A DNA stretch of 41,208 nt from Clostridia bacterium (GCA_017396965.1 JAFQKL010000314.1:1-41208); one strand, 5' to 3'; shown: positions 16,688 to 26,226, counted from the stretch's first letter. The notes: generated by a model not told the origin, from the letters alone. Numbers and translations: made by a program.

Positions 16688-17845
16688 TTGAAACGAGATC
16701 TGACCATCCTCGGCTCCACCGGCTCCATCGGTCGTCAGACGGTGGAGGTGGCGCTGGAGCAGGGGATTTCCGTCCGGGCTTTAACCGGCGGGAAGAATAT
16801 TGACTTGATGGAGCAGCAGGTTCGCCTGCTGCGTCCTTCGTTGGTGGCCATGGCCGACCCCGAAGCAGCGGCTGAACTGGCGCAGCGCCTGTTTGGCAGC
16901 GGGGTTCCTGTGCTGTCCGGGGAAGAGGGTATCTGTAAAGCTGCGGAGCTTGACACGGAAACCGTACTCAGTGCCATCGTCGGCGCAGCCGGCATCCGCC
17001 CCACCGTCACCGCCATCGCCCGCGGCGCCCGCATCGGCCTTGCCAACAAGGAAGTGCTGGTGGCGGCGGGCAGTGTTGTCCTGCCGATGGTGGAGCAGTA
17101 CGGTGCCGAGCTGCTGCCGGTGGACAGTGAACATTCTGCCATCTTCCAGTGCCTCATGGCCAAGGGCGGTGGCGGCGCGCCCCGCCGTATCCTGCTCACC
17201 GCCTCCGGCGGCCCCTTTTTCGGGAAGACGCGGGAGCAGCTCGCCGCCGTCACGGTGGAACAGGCACTGAAGCACCCCTCCTGGCGCATGGGTGCCAAGA
17301 TCACGGTGGACAGCGCCACTTTGATGAACAAGGGCTATGAAGTCATCGAAGCCGCCTGGCTCTTCGGCCTGCCGATCGACAGGATCGAGGTGCTGATCCA
17401 CCGGCAGAGCATTGTCCACAGCATGGTGGAATTTGAGGACGGCTCGGTGATGGCCCAGCTCGGCCGCACCGACATGAAGATCCCCATCCAGCTGGCCCTC
17501 ACCTATCCCCAGCGCGCGTCGCTGCCCCTTTCCCCGCTCGACTTCACCCAGCAGCCCCCCCACACCGTCGCCGCCCCCGACCGGGAAACCTTTGGCTGCC
17601 TCGCCCTCTGCGAGCAGGCGTTTGCCGTCGGAGGCACTGCCCCCGCCGCCCTCAACGCCGCGGGGGAGACGGCGGTGTACGCCTTCCTGTCCGGCCGCCT
17701 GCCCTTCCTCGCCATTGAGCAGCTCTGCCGCGAGGTCCTCGCTGCCCATGCGCCGATCCCGTCGCCGTCCCTGGAGCAGATCCTCGCTGTGGACGCAGCG
17801 GTCAGGGCAGAAGCGGAGGAACGGCTGAGCGCCTTCTCTTTTTGA
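16688..17845 (+). CDS. dxr: 1-deoxy-D-xylulose 5-phosphate reductoisomerase
   Basis: TTG start after AAGGAG. ILGSTGSIGRQT, LANKE, VDSEHSA and NKGYEVIEA are present. Confidence 0.95.
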   Translation: MKRDLTILGSTGSIGRQTVEVALEQGISVRALTGGKNIDLMEQQVRLLRPSLVAMADPEAAAELAQRLFGSGVPVLSGEEGICKAAELDTETVLSAIVGAAGIRPTVTAIARGARIGLANKEVLVAAGSVVLPMVEQYGAELLPVDSEHSAIFQCLMAKGGGGAPRRILLTASGGPFFGKTREQLAAVTVEQALKHPSWRMGAKITVDSATLMNKGYEVIEAAWLFGLPIDRIEVLIHRQSIVHSMVEFEDGSVMAQLGRTDMKIPIQLALTYPQRASLPLSPLDFTQQPPHTVAAPDRETFGCLALCEQAFAVGGTAPAALNAAGETAVYAFLSGRLPFLAIEQLCREVLAAHAPIPSPSLEQILAVDAAVRAEAEERLSAFSF

Positions 17846-17896
17846 GCGAAGAAACAGGGTTCGCCGTACATATTCTGGGAATCGGAGGGATGCTTT

Positions 17897-18946
17897 TTGA
17901 TTCAGGCCATTGTCATATTCGGGTTTCTCATCCTCACGCACGAGCTGGGGCATTTCATCGCCGCCAAATGGGCGCGGATCACTGTGCTGGAGTTCTCCAT
18001 CGGCATGGGCCCGGTGCTTTACCAGTGGACCTCAGGAGAGACGGACTACTCCCTGCGCCTGCTGCCCATCGGCGGCTTTGTGCGGATGCAGGGGGAGGAC
18101 AATTTCGACGAGGACGAGGAGGCCCTGCCTCTCCCGCCGCCGGAGCCTGAGGGGGAGAAGAAGACCTTCGCCTTCCCTGAAGTGCCGCTCTGGAAGCGTT
18201 TTATCGTCATCTCAGCGGGTGCCATGATGAATTTCATCACAGCGCTGCTGGTGATGCTGATGCTGGTCGGCGCCCAGGGTGTGGTCGGCACCACCGAGGT
18301 GGCGAAGTTCGATGAGGACAGCCTCTCGTCCCGGTCCGGCCTGATGGTGGGGGATGTGATCACCGCCGTCAACGGCCGTTCGGTTCACATCACCACCGAC
18401 GTCATCTACGCCCTGCTGCACGCGGGGGACGACCCCTGTACCATCGAGGTGGAGCGGGACGGTCAGAAGCTGACGCTGTCAAACGTCGCTTTCCCTGTGG
18501 GCAGCGGCGGCTATTATGAGCTTGATTTTCTCTTCCGCCGCGGCAGTTTTCACCCGCTGTCCATCCTGCATGAGGGCTTTTTCCGATGCCTGACCATCAT
18601 GCGGGAGGTCTACTGGTCGCTGGGCGGAATGTTCACCGGGGAGGTGTCGGTCAACGATCTCTCCGGACCGGTCGGGACCACGCAGGCCATCAGCCAGGTG
18701 TCACAGCAGGGCTTTGGTGCGCTGGTCTATTTTGCCGTCTTCATCAGCATCAATCTCGGCATCGTCAACCTGCTGCCCTTCCCGGCACTGGATGGAGGGC
18801 GGCTGGCGCTGCTGCTGCTGGAAAAGCTGCGCGGAAAGCCGCTGTCTCCCGCTGTGGAGGGTTCAATCAACATGATCGGAATGTTGATCCTCATGGCTCT
18901 GGTGGTGCTGGTGACCTTCAAGGATGTGCGGATGCTGGTCGGATAA
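17897..18946 (+). CDS. rseP: RIP metalloprotease RseP/RasP (site-2 protease, M50 with PDZ)
   Basis: TTG start 7 nt after GGAGGG. HELGHF is near the N-terminus, there is a central PDZ-like segment, and NLLPFPALDGG is near the C-terminus. Confidence 0.9.
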   Translation: MIQAIVIFGFLILTHELGHFIAAKWARITVLEFSIGMGPVLYQWTSGETDYSLRLLPIGGFVRMQGEDNFDEDEEALPLPPPEPEGEKKTFAFPEVPLWKRFIVISAGAMMNFITALLVMLMLVGAQGVVGTTEVAKFDEDSLSSRSGLMVGDVITAVNGRSVHITTDVIYALLHAGDDPCTIEVERDGQKLTLSNVAFPVGSGGYYELDFLFRRGSFHPLSILHEGFFRCLTIMREVYWSLGGMFTGEVSVNDLSGPVGTTQAISQVSQQGFGALVYFAVFISINLGIVNLLPFPALDGGRLALLLLEKLRGKPLSPAVEGSINMIGMLILMALVVLVTFKDVRMLVG

Positions 18947-18974
18947 CGCGACGGGCAGGAAAGGAGTGGAGAAG

Positions 18975-20057
18975 ATGAAGATGGAGCGAAGAAACAGTCG
19001 AAGGGTAACGGCGGGCGGCTTGGCCATTGGCGGCAACGCCCCTGTCTCGGTGCAGTCGATGACCAACACGGCGACGGCCGATGTGACCGCCACCGTCGAA
19101 CAGATTCGCCGCCTGCAGGAGGCCGGCTGTCAGCTGGTGCGGCTGGCGGTGCCGGATCAGGAGGCGGCAGAGGCGTTGCCCCGGATCCGCGCCGCCGTTT
19201 CGCTGCCGCTGGTGGCCGATATTCACTTTGACCACCGCCTTGCCCTCGCCGCCGTGCGGGCCGGGATCGACAAGGTGCGCATCAACCCCGGCAACATCGG
19301 CGGTGAGGCCCGGGTGGCAGAGGTGGCCGCCGCCTGCGTTGCGGCCGCCGTGCCGATCCGCATCGGTGTCAACAGCGGCTCGGTGGAAAAGGAGCTGCTG
19401 GCGAAATACGGCGGCCCCACCCCTGAGGCGCTGGTGGAGAGCGCCCTCGGCCACGCGCTGCTGCTGGAGCGATGCTCTTTTTATGATATCGTCATCTCGA
19501 TCAAGGCCTCCACCGTGGCGGACATGGTGAAGGCCAACCGCCTGCTGGCGGAACGCTGTGACTATCCGCTGCACCTCGGTGTCACCGAAGCCGGAACACC
19601 GGGAGCGGGCATCGTCAAATCAGCCGCAGGCATCGGCGCCCTGCTGCTCGACGGCATTGGGGACACCGTCCGCGTCTCGCTGACCGCCGACCCGGTGGAG
19701 GAAGTCCTCCCGGCGCTGCGCATCCTCGCCGCCTGCGGTCTGCGCCCCGAGGCGCCGGAGCTGGTCTCCTGCCCCACCTGCGGGCGGACGGGAATCGACC
19801 TCATCCCCCTCGCCGAACGAGTGGAACGGGCGCTGTCCGCCAAAAAGCTGCCCATCAAGGTGGCGGTGATGGGCTGCATCGTCAACGGCCCCGGTGAGGC
19901 CCGCGAGGCGGATCTCGGCATCGCCGGGGGCAGGGGAGAGGGCGTGCTGTTTTCCAAGGGCAAGGTGCTGTACCGTGTCCCGGAAGAAAAGCTGTTTGAC
20001 TGCCTGATGGAAGAAATCGACAGATGGGCCGCTGCACGAGAGGAGGCAAGGGAATGA
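18975..20057 (+). CDS. ispG: 4-hydroxy-3-methylbut-2-enyl diphosphate synthase (flavodoxin)
   Basis: ATG 18975 follows GGAAAGGAG. VSVQSMTNT, RINPGNIG and the Fe-S ligands SCPTCGRT...MGCIVNGPGE are present. Confidence 0.95.
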   Translation: MKMERRNSRRVTAGGLAIGGNAPVSVQSMTNTATADVTATVEQIRRLQEAGCQLVRLAVPDQEAAEALPRIRAAVSLPLVADIHFDHRLALAAVRAGIDKVRINPGNIGGEARVAEVAAACVAAAVPIRIGVNSGSVEKELLAKYGGPTPEALVESALGHALLLERCSFYDIVISIKASTVADMVKANRLLAERCDYPLHLGVTEAGTPGAGIVKSAAGIGALLLDGIGDTVRVSLTADPVEEVLPALRILAACGLRPEAPELVSCPTCGRTGIDLIPLAERVERALSAKKLPIKVAVMGCIVNGPGEAREADLGIAGGRGEGVLFSKGKVLYRVPEEKLFDCLMEEIDRWAAAREEARE

Positions 20058-23000
20058 ACACCGCTTTGGGCGAGCTGTTTTCCGACCACGAAACCCTTCG
20101 CGACGAACACCGCGAGGCCAGGGTCAACCGCATCAATTTCGACCGCGACCGCCGCAGCATCGAGGTGTGGATGTTCAGCGACGTACTGCTGGACAAGGAC
20201 CACCTGCGCCGCCTCAGCGACGAGCTGAAAAGCCTCTACAGCTTAAACGACCTCACCATCCACTGCCGCTACAACAATCTCCCCCTCACCCCTGATTACG
20301 CCCCCATGCTGGCGCAGCACATCGCCCAGGTCTGCCCCGCCTGCCGCGGCTTTCTCGAAGACGCCGAGATGGTGGTGGAGGATAACAAGGTGCGCTTTCT
20401 GCTGCAGCACGGCGGCGGCGAATCTCTGGCGCGCAGCAACGCCTCGCGTCTGCTCTCCCAGCTGATTGAGGAGGAGTTCGGCACCCGCTACGAGGTCTGC
20501 TTTGAAGGTGAGCTGGAGCTGAGGGACTTTTCGCAGGATCTGCAGACCGTGCGCACCGCCATCGCGGAGGAGGCGCGCAAGGCCGCCCCGACCCCTGAGG
20601 TCAGGAAGCAGCAGGTGAGCGACCAGCTCTACGGACGCCGCTTCGACCTGCCCACCACCCCCATGCGGGAGGTGGATCTCGACAGCGGCACCGTCGCCGT
20701 CAGCGGCGAGGTGTTCGGACTGGAGACCAGAATCTCCAAGAACAAGCAGACGGTCATCGTCTCCTTCAATCTCACCGACCTCACCTCCTCCCTGCCGGTC
20801 AAACTGTTCCCCAAGGCCGATCAGTCGCGGGATCTGCTGGCGGCGCTGAAGGACGGGATGTACATCAAGGTCCGCGGCGATATGCAGATGGACCGCTACA
20901 CCAATGAGCTGAGCCTCATGGCCCGCGACATTGTCAAAGCCGACCGCCCTGTCCGCCTGGACAAGGCCCCGAAAAAACGGGTGGAGCTGCACCTGCACAC
21001 CACCATGAGTCAGATGGACGCCGTCACCCCGGTGCAGGACTACTTAAAGCGGGCCGCCCAATGGGAGCATCCCGCCATCGCCATCACCGACCACGGCGTC
21101 CTCCAGGCATATCCCGACGCCTGCAACGGTGCCAAAAAAGCCGGCTTCACCGGCAAGATCCTCTACGGCATCGAGTCCTATTTCATCAACGACGGAGACG
21201 CCTCCGCCGAGACCCCGCTGCTCGACGAGGAGATGGTCATCTTTGACGTCGAAACCACCGGCCTCTCCGCCCGCAACGACCGCCTGACCGAGATCGGCGC
21301 CGTGCTGATCAAGGACGGTGCCATCCTCGACCGCTTTCAGACCTTTGTCAATCCCGGGATGCCCATCCCCGGTGAGATTGTCAAGCTCACCGGCATCACC
21401 GATGAGATGGTGGCAGACGCCCCTTCCGAAGCCGAGGCGGTGGCCGCCTTCCTCCGTTTTGCCCAAAACCGCACCCTCATCGCCCACAACGCCAAGTTCG
21501 ACATCTCCTTCATCGGTGCCGCCGCCGTGCGCGCCGGCCTGCCTTTTTTGAATCCCCATGCCGACAGTCTGGCCATCGCCCGCTGTGCCCTGCCGCAGCT
21601 GAAAAACCACAAGCTGGACACGCTGGCCAGCCACTTCCAGGTCTCCTTCCGCCACCACCGTGCCGATGATGACTCCGAGGCCCTGGCCAAGATCTTCTTC
21701 GGTCTGGTGGCGCTGGGCAAGGAGCAGGGGGCGCAGCGTCTGGCCGATCTGCAGACCGTTTTCGGCAGCAGAGCCGATCTGCGCCTGGAGAAGACCTTCC
21801 ATCAGATCATCCTCGTCAAGAATCAGACAGGTCTTAAAAATCTCTTCAAGCTGGTCAGCAAATCGAACCTCCTCTACTTCGGCAACAAGCGCCCCAAGAT
21901 CCCGAAGAGTGAGCTGGTGCGGCTGCGCGAAGGTCTGATCCTCGGTTCCGCCTGCGAGGCAGGGGAGCTGTTCACCGCCATTGTCGAGGGTCAGCCCCGC
22001 GAGAAGCTACTGGAGATTGCCAAGTTTTATGACTACCTTGAGATCCAGCCCATCGCCAACAACCGCTTCCTCATCGCCAAGGGCCTCGCCCGCGATGAGG
22101 AGCAGCTGCGGGACTACAACCGCACCGTCGTCTCCCTGGGTGAAGAGCTGGGCCTGCCGGTTGCCGCCACCTGTGATGCGCATTTCCTCGACCCCGAGGA
22201 GGAGATCTTCCGCAGCATCCTGTTGGCCTCCCAGGGCTTCGACGATGCCGACCGCGAGCTGCCGCTCTACTACCGCACCACAGAGGAGATGCTCGAGGAG
22301 TTCGCCTATCTCGGTGAAGAGAAGGCCTATGAGGTGGTGGTCACCAACACCAATCTCATCGCCGACTGGTGCGAGACCGTGGTGCCGCTGAAAAAAGGGA
22401 TGTTCCCCCCGGAGATCCCCGGCGCCGATCAGGAGCTGCGCGACATCACCTACAGCCGCGCCCGCGAGCTGTACGGCGAAGAGCTGCCCGAGATCGTCAC
22501 CGCCCGCCTCGAGCGGGAGCTCAACCCCATCATCGAAAACGGCTATGCCGTCATGTACATCATCGCCCGCCGGCTGGTGCAGGAGTCGATGCAAAACGGC
22601 TATCTGGTCGGCTCCCGCGGTTCGGTCGGCTCCTCGCTGGCGGCTCATTTCGCCGGCATCACCGAGGTCAACGCCCTGCCGCCCCACTACGTCTGCCCGA
22701 GCTGCCATTTCAGCCGCTTTGACGAAACCGGCACCTACGAGGCCGGCTGCGATATGCCGGATCTCGACTGCCCCGTCTGCGGCACCCGCTGCCGCAAGGA
22801 CGGCTTTGACATCCCCTTTGAAACCTTCCTCGGCTTCTCCGGCAACAAGGTCCCCGATATCGACCTCAACTTCTCCGGAGAGTACCAGACCCAGGCCCAC
22901 AAATACGCGGAATCGCTGTTTGAGAAGGGCCATGTCTTCCGTGCCGGCACCATCGCCACCGTGGCGCAGAAGACGGCGTTCGGCTATGTGAGAAAGTACC

Positions 23001-24271
23001 TGGAGGAGCGGGGGAGAGTGGTCTCCCGCGCCGAGGAGGAGCGGCTGATCAAGGGCTGCACCGGCATCAAGCGCACGACCGGGCAGCACCCGGGCGGTAT
23101 CATGGTGGTGCCGGCGGCGCTGGACATTGAAGACTTCACCCCCGTCCAGCATCCGGCGGACGACGCCTCCAAGGATGTCATCACCACCCACTTCGATTAC
23201 CACGCCATCCACGACAATATCTTAAAGCTCGATATGCTCGGCCATGATGATCCGACCGCCCTGAAGATGCTCGGGGACTTGAGCGGCCTCGATGTCACCA
23301 AGCTGCCGCTGGACGATCCTGAGGTGCTGGAGCTGTTCCGCAGCGTCGACAGTCTCAAGCTTCTGCCGGGGGAGGACGTCGGCAAGACCGGCTCCATCGC
23401 CATCCCCGAGTTTGGCACCGGCTTTGTGCGCGGGATGCTTGAGCAGACCCGCCCCACCACCGTTGCCGAACTGGTGCGCATCTCCGGCCTCTCCCACGGC
23501 ACCGACGTGTGGCTGGGCAACGCAGAAACCCTCATCCGCGAGGGTACCTGCAACCTGCGTCAGGCCATCTGCTGCCGTGATGACATCATGCTCTACCTCA
23601 TCCAGAAGGGGATGCCCAAGCTCGACAGCTTCAACATCATGGAGCAGGTGCGAAAGGGCAAGGGCCTCTCAGACGAGCAGGCGGAGCAGATGCGCCAGCA
23701 CGATGTTCCCGAGTGGTACATCGGTTCCTGCCGCGCCATCAAGTATATGTTCCCCAAGGCCCATGCCGTGGCCTATGTCACCATGGCGCTGCGCATCGCC
23801 TGGTTCAAGGTGCATATGCCGCTGGCATTTTACGCAACCTATTTTTCGGTGCGTGCCGACGCCTTTGACGCCAGTGTCATGGCCCGCGGCAAGCAGCGGC
23901 TCAAGGAGCTGGTGGCGGAGATCGCCGCGATGGAGAGCCGCACCGCCAAGGATGAAGACCGCGCCACTGTGGCCGAGGTGTGCCTTGAAATGCTGGCCAG
24001 AGGGTTTCGTTTTCTCCCGGTGGACCTCTACAAGTCCGATGCCCTCAAATTCACAATTGAAGGCGATTCCCTGAGACCTCCTTTAAATTCTCTCCCCGGT
24101 GTTGGCGACGCGGCCGCGGCCGCCATTGTGGAGGCGCGGGAGAACAACAGCTTCACATCTCAGGAAGAGCTAGCCGCAAGCGCCCGCGTCTCTAAGGCTG
24201 TCATTGAAACCCTGGCAGAAAATGGGGCGCTTGGCGATATGCCGGCCAGCGCACAGCTCAGCTTGTTCTAA
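20054..24271 (+). CDS. polC: DNA polymerase III PolC-type (alpha subunit with 3'-5' exonuclease)
   Basis: ATG 20054 (GGAGGCAAGGGA upstream) overlaps the ispG stop as ATGA. PHP motif ELHLHT, exonuclease motif VIFDVETTGLS, Zn-finger CPSC...CPVCG, and polymerase core PDIDLNFSGE. Confidence 0.97.
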   Translation: MNTALGELFSDHETLRDEHREARVNRINFDRDRRSIEVWMFSDVLLDKDHLRRLSDELKSLYSLNDLTIHCRYNNLPLTPDYAPMLAQHIAQVCPACRGFLEDAEMVVEDNKVRFLLQHGGGESLARSNASRLLSQLIEEEFGTRYEVCFEGELELRDFSQDLQTVRTAIAEEARKAAPTPEVRKQQVSDQLYGRRFDLPTTPMREVDLDSGTVAVSGEVFGLETRISKNKQTVIVSFNLTDLTSSLPVKLFPKADQSRDLLAALKDGMYIKVRGDMQMDRYTNELSLMARDIVKADRPVRLDKAPKKRVELHLHTTMSQMDAVTPVQDYLKRAAQWEHPAIAITDHGVLQAYPDACNGAKKAGFTGKILYGIESYFINDGDASAETPLLDEEMVIFDVETTGLSARNDRLTEIGAVLIKDGAILDRFQTFVNPGMPIPGEIVKLTGITDEMVADAPSEAEAVAAFLRFAQNRTLIAHNAKFDISFIGAAAVRAGLPFLNPHADSLAIARCALPQLKNHKLDTLASHFQVSFRHHRADDDSEALAKIFFGLVALGKEQGAQRLADLQTVFGSRADLRLEKTFHQIILVKNQTGLKNLFKLVSKSNLLYFGNKRPKIPKSELVRLREGLILGSACEAGELFTAIVEGQPREKLLEIAKFYDYLEIQPIANNRFLIAKGLARDEEQLRDYNRTVVSLGEELGLPVAATCDAHFLDPEEEIFRSILLASQGFDDADRELPLYYRTTEEMLEEFAYLGEEKAYEVVVTNTNLIADWCETVVPLKKGMFPPEIPGADQELRDITYSRARELYGEELPEIVTARLERELNPIIENGYAVMYIIARRLVQESMQNGYLVGSRGSVGSSLAAHFAGITEVNALPPHYVCPSCHFSRFDETGTYEAGCDMPDLDCPVCGTRCRKDGFDIPFETFLGFSGNKVPDIDLNFSGEYQTQAHKYAESLFEKGHVFRAGTIATVAQKTAFGYVRKYLEERGRVVSRAEEERLIKGCTGIKRTTGQHPGGIMVVPAALDIEDFTPVQHPADDASKDVITTHFDYHAIHDNILKLDMLGHDDPTALKMLGDLSGLDVTKLPLDDPEVLELFRSVDSLKLLPGEDVGKTGSIAIPEFGTGFVRGMLEQTRPTTVAELVRISGLSHGTDVWLGNAETLIREGTCNLRQAICCRDDIMLYLIQKGMPKLDSFNIMEQVRKGKGLSDEQAEQMRQHDVPEWYIGSCRAIKYMFPKAHAVAYVTMALRIAWFKVHMPLAFYATYFSVRADAFDASVMARGKQRLKELVAEIAAMESRTAKDEDRATVAEVCLEMLARGFRFLPVDLYKSDALKFTIEGDSLRPPLNSLPGVGDAAAAAIVEARENNSFTSQEELAASARVSKAVIETLAENGALGDMPASAQLSLF

Positions 24272-24318
24272 ACTTTTAAGAATTCAAATGTTCTCATCTT
24301 CCAGTTGCAAAAAAATCG

Positions 24319-24347
24319 TTGACAAAAGAACAGATCCCTAGTATACT
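24319..24347 (+). promoter_or_regulatory. Near-consensus sigmaA promoter (TTGACA-N17-TATACT)
   Basis: TTGACA at 24319-24324 and TATACT at 24342-24347 with an exact 17-nt spacer. It is preceded by an AT-rich UP-like stretch (24272-24318). Confidence 0.7.
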
Positions 24348-24353
24348 ATATCA

Positions 24354-24559
24354 TGAGCAGGAGAAACAGGCCAGAGTTGCCTCGGTTTCCTGCCCGCTTG
24401 AGTCCGTTCAAGCGGCCCAGCGCACGCCCCCCGAGAAAGAACGGGGCTCCTTTTGCCACACCCCAGGGCGGGAACGGCAGGGAGGCCCGCAAGCCAAGAC
24501 CTCACCCCTCAATTTGGTTGTTTCTCATTTTGCACCCGTCCTGCTGCGGCAGAGCGGGT
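24354..24559 (+). ncRNA. Candidate structured RNA domain 1 (unclassified) at the 5' end of the promoter-driven transcript
   Basis: Closing helix 24361-24368/24519-24526 (8 bp), extended by 24370-24373/24515-24518 and 24375-24379/24510-24514. Inner helix 24380-83 plus 24389-94 pairs with 24476-85. Hairpins at 24395-24414 and 24429-24446, plus a downstream hairpin at 24534-24559. The family is unknown. Confidence 0.35.
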
Positions 24560-24600
24560 CAGAGCGTACAAAACAGATGAACTTGTATGGAGAAGCTTTC

Positions 24601-24698
24601 GCCGTTTGAGCAAACAGGTTAGCAGCAGGGATTTTGACGGGTGCTCATTTCTTAACCGCACCGCCGATCTCTCGCCCTTTGGAGAGGGCAGAAACGGT
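24601..24698 (+). promoter_or_regulatory. Candidate structured RNA domain 2 (three-way-junction-like leader element)
   Basis: 7-bp closing helix 24601-24607/24692-24698 enclosing hairpins GGTGC(24640-44)/GCACC(24658-62) and CTCTC(24669-73)/GAGAG(24682-86). There is no U-tract terminator before the CDS. Confidence 0.25.
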
Positions 24699-24789
24699 TT
24701 TGCGTAATCCATTGTTCATCACTGCCGGAGTGCAGTATGAAAATAAGCCCCCAAAGCGGGGCAAAACTAACCAAAGCGAGGGAAAAAGA

Positions 24790-25077
24790 ATGTACGAAGA
24801 CAAGACCTTGGTGTGTAAAGAGTGTGGCGCGGAGTTCGTGTTCACCGCCGGCGAGCAGGAGTTCTATGCTGAGAGAGGCTTCCAGAACGAGCCCCAGAGA
24901 TGCAAGCCCTGCCGTGACGCCAGAAAGAACGCTGCCAAGCAGCAGAGAGAGATGTTCACCGCCACCTGCGCTTCCTGCGGCGGCGAGGCGAAGGTTCCCT
25001 TCCAGCCCAGAAACGACAGACCTGTCTACTGCAGCGAGTGCTTTGCCAAGATGAAGGAGGAGCAGCCCAGCTACTAA
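24790..25077 (+). CDS. Zinc-ribbon protein (CxxC-x17-CxxC type, two Cys4 modules)
   Basis: 95 aa from ATG 24790 (GAGGGA upstream). First module CKECG...CKPC, second module CASCGGEAKVPFQPRNDRPVYCSEC. Confidence 0.8.
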   Translation: MYEDKTLVCKECGAEFVFTAGEQEFYAERGFQNEPQRCKPCRDARKNAAKQQREMFTATCASCGGEAKVPFQPRNDRPVYCSECFAKMKEEQPSY

Positions 25078-25118
25078 GCCGGAGCCTGCGTCCGCTCATT
25101 TTGAGAAGGACAAGAAAA

Positions 25119-25156
25119 GACCCGTCCGACCTGAAAATCGGACGGGTCTTTTTTTC
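25119..25156 (+). terminator. Rho-independent terminator of the zinc-ribbon gene
   Basis: 11-bp stem GACCCGTCCGA (25119-25129) / TCGGACGGGTC (25138-25148) followed by TTTTTTT. Confidence 0.85.
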
Positions 25157-25180
25157 CGCTTTTTTCTCCTGTATGATCCA

Positions 25181-25214
25181 AAATCCTCCCCCGGCCGGCG
25201 GCGGGGGAGGATTT
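25181..25214 (-). terminator. Probable terminator of the pyridoxal kinase gene
   Basis: Stem AAATCCTCCCCCG (25181-25193) / CGGGGGAGGATTT (25202-25214). On the minus strand a short U-run (UUUUGG) follows. Confidence 0.5.
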
Positions 25215-25229
25215 CGGAACAGTCTGCGC

Positions 25230-26081
25230 TTAAGTATTGTATTTCATCAGCAGCGGCAAAGTCCGCTCCAGCGGAACGCCCTCCCGCGGCGGCGCGCCGA
25301 CGGCGATGGCCACGCGGATGGTCTCTGAGAGATAGTCGGTGGCGATCTCCAGCGCCTTTTGCATCGGGAAACCGCGCACCAGCAGGCCGGTCAGCACCGA
25401 GGTGAACAGGTCGCCGGTGCCGGGGTACTTGCCGGACAGACGACGGGCGCGAACCTCGTAAAAATTGCCGCTCTCCCGCTCGTAGGCGCAGTTGATGAGC
25501 GTCTCCTCGTCGATGGAAACGCCGGTCAGCACCGCCGTTTTACAGCCAAGACCGCACAGCTCCTTGAGGCAGCTCTTCAGCTCCTCCATGGCAGAGACTC
25601 CTTCACTGTATGGACGGTCGATCAGGTAGACGCACTCGGTCAGGTTGGGGGTAATGACATCCGCCTTGCCGCACAGCTCGCGCATCCGGTAGCCCATCTC
25701 GGAGGTGACGGTGGGGTAGAGCGCACCGTTGTCACCCATCACGGGGTCGGCGACGCAAAGCGCCCCTTCGCTGTGAGAAAAGATATGCTCAATCAGGGCC
25801 ACCTGCTCCAGGGAGCCGAGAAAGCCGGAGAAGATGCCGTCGAAGTTGAGATTTTCCTTTTGCCAATGAGAGAACACCGGCAACACTTCTTCGGTGAGAT
25901 CGCAGAAGGTGAAGTTTTCAAATCCGTCAGTCTGCGTGGAGAGACAGGCGGTGGGGAGGGGGCAGACCTGTACGCCCAGTGCCGACATGGCGGGAATGAC
26001 GGCGGTCAGCGCACACCGGCCGACGCCGGAGAGATCATGGATGGCGGCGACGCGAGGGACGGGACGGTGGGAAAATTCCAC
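25230..26081 (-). CDS. pdxK: Pyridoxal/pyridoxamine kinase (PfkB-like ribokinase superfamily)
   Basis: GTG start 9 nt after AAGGAGG. The N-terminus VAAIHDLSGVGRCALT and the C-terminal GTGDLFTSVL are typical of the PdxK/PdxY family. Confidence 0.8.
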   Translation of the reverse strand: MEFSHRPVPRVAAIHDLSGVGRCALTAVIPAMSALGVQVCPLPTACLSTQTDGFENFTFCDLTEEVLPVFSHWQKENLNFDGIFSGFLGSLEQVALIEHIFSHSEGALCVADPVMGDNGALYPTVTSEMGYRMRELCGKADVITPNLTECVYLIDRPYSEGVSAMEELKSCLKELCGLGCKTAVLTGVSIDEETLINCAYERESGNFYEVRARRLSGKYPGTGDLFTSVLTGLLVRGFPMQKALEIATDYLSETIRVAIAVGAPPREGVPLERTLPLLMKYNT

Positions 26082-26197
26082 GGATAAAACCTCCTTGACC
26101 GCTGCCGGGCAGCAGTCTGATTTACGGCGCGGAAAACTTGAATGCCGTTTTCAGCAGTATACCATAAAACGGCGCGGCGTTCAAGCGGACAGACAAC

Positions 26198-26226
26198 TTG
26201 ACGCTTTGGCTCATATGTGATATACT
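26198..26226 (+). promoter_or_regulatory. Candidate sigmaA promoter (TTGACG-N17-TATACT with TGn extended -10)
   Basis: TTGACG at 26198-26203 and TGaTATACT at 26218-26226 with an exact 17-nt spacer. Confidence 0.6.

Noticed and set aside
24455-24476. CCGCCCTGGGG on the minus strand, which resembles the 3' CCGCCUGGGC core of the ZTP (pfl) riboswitch.
   Set aside because: It is on the wrong strand relative to the promoter and to any downstream gene, and the 5' GACUGGCG/GGGUCGUG part of the motif is absent.
24319-24609. ORFs inside the polC-downstream non-coding region: 24319-24609 (96 aa), 24353-24580 (75 aa) and 24453-24707 (84 aa).
   Set aside because: None has an RBS, and the first one starts within the -35 box. 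The products are Arg/Pro-rich, as expected from GC-rich structured RNA. Only the leaderless 24353 ATG is kept, as an alternative hypothesis in the finding.
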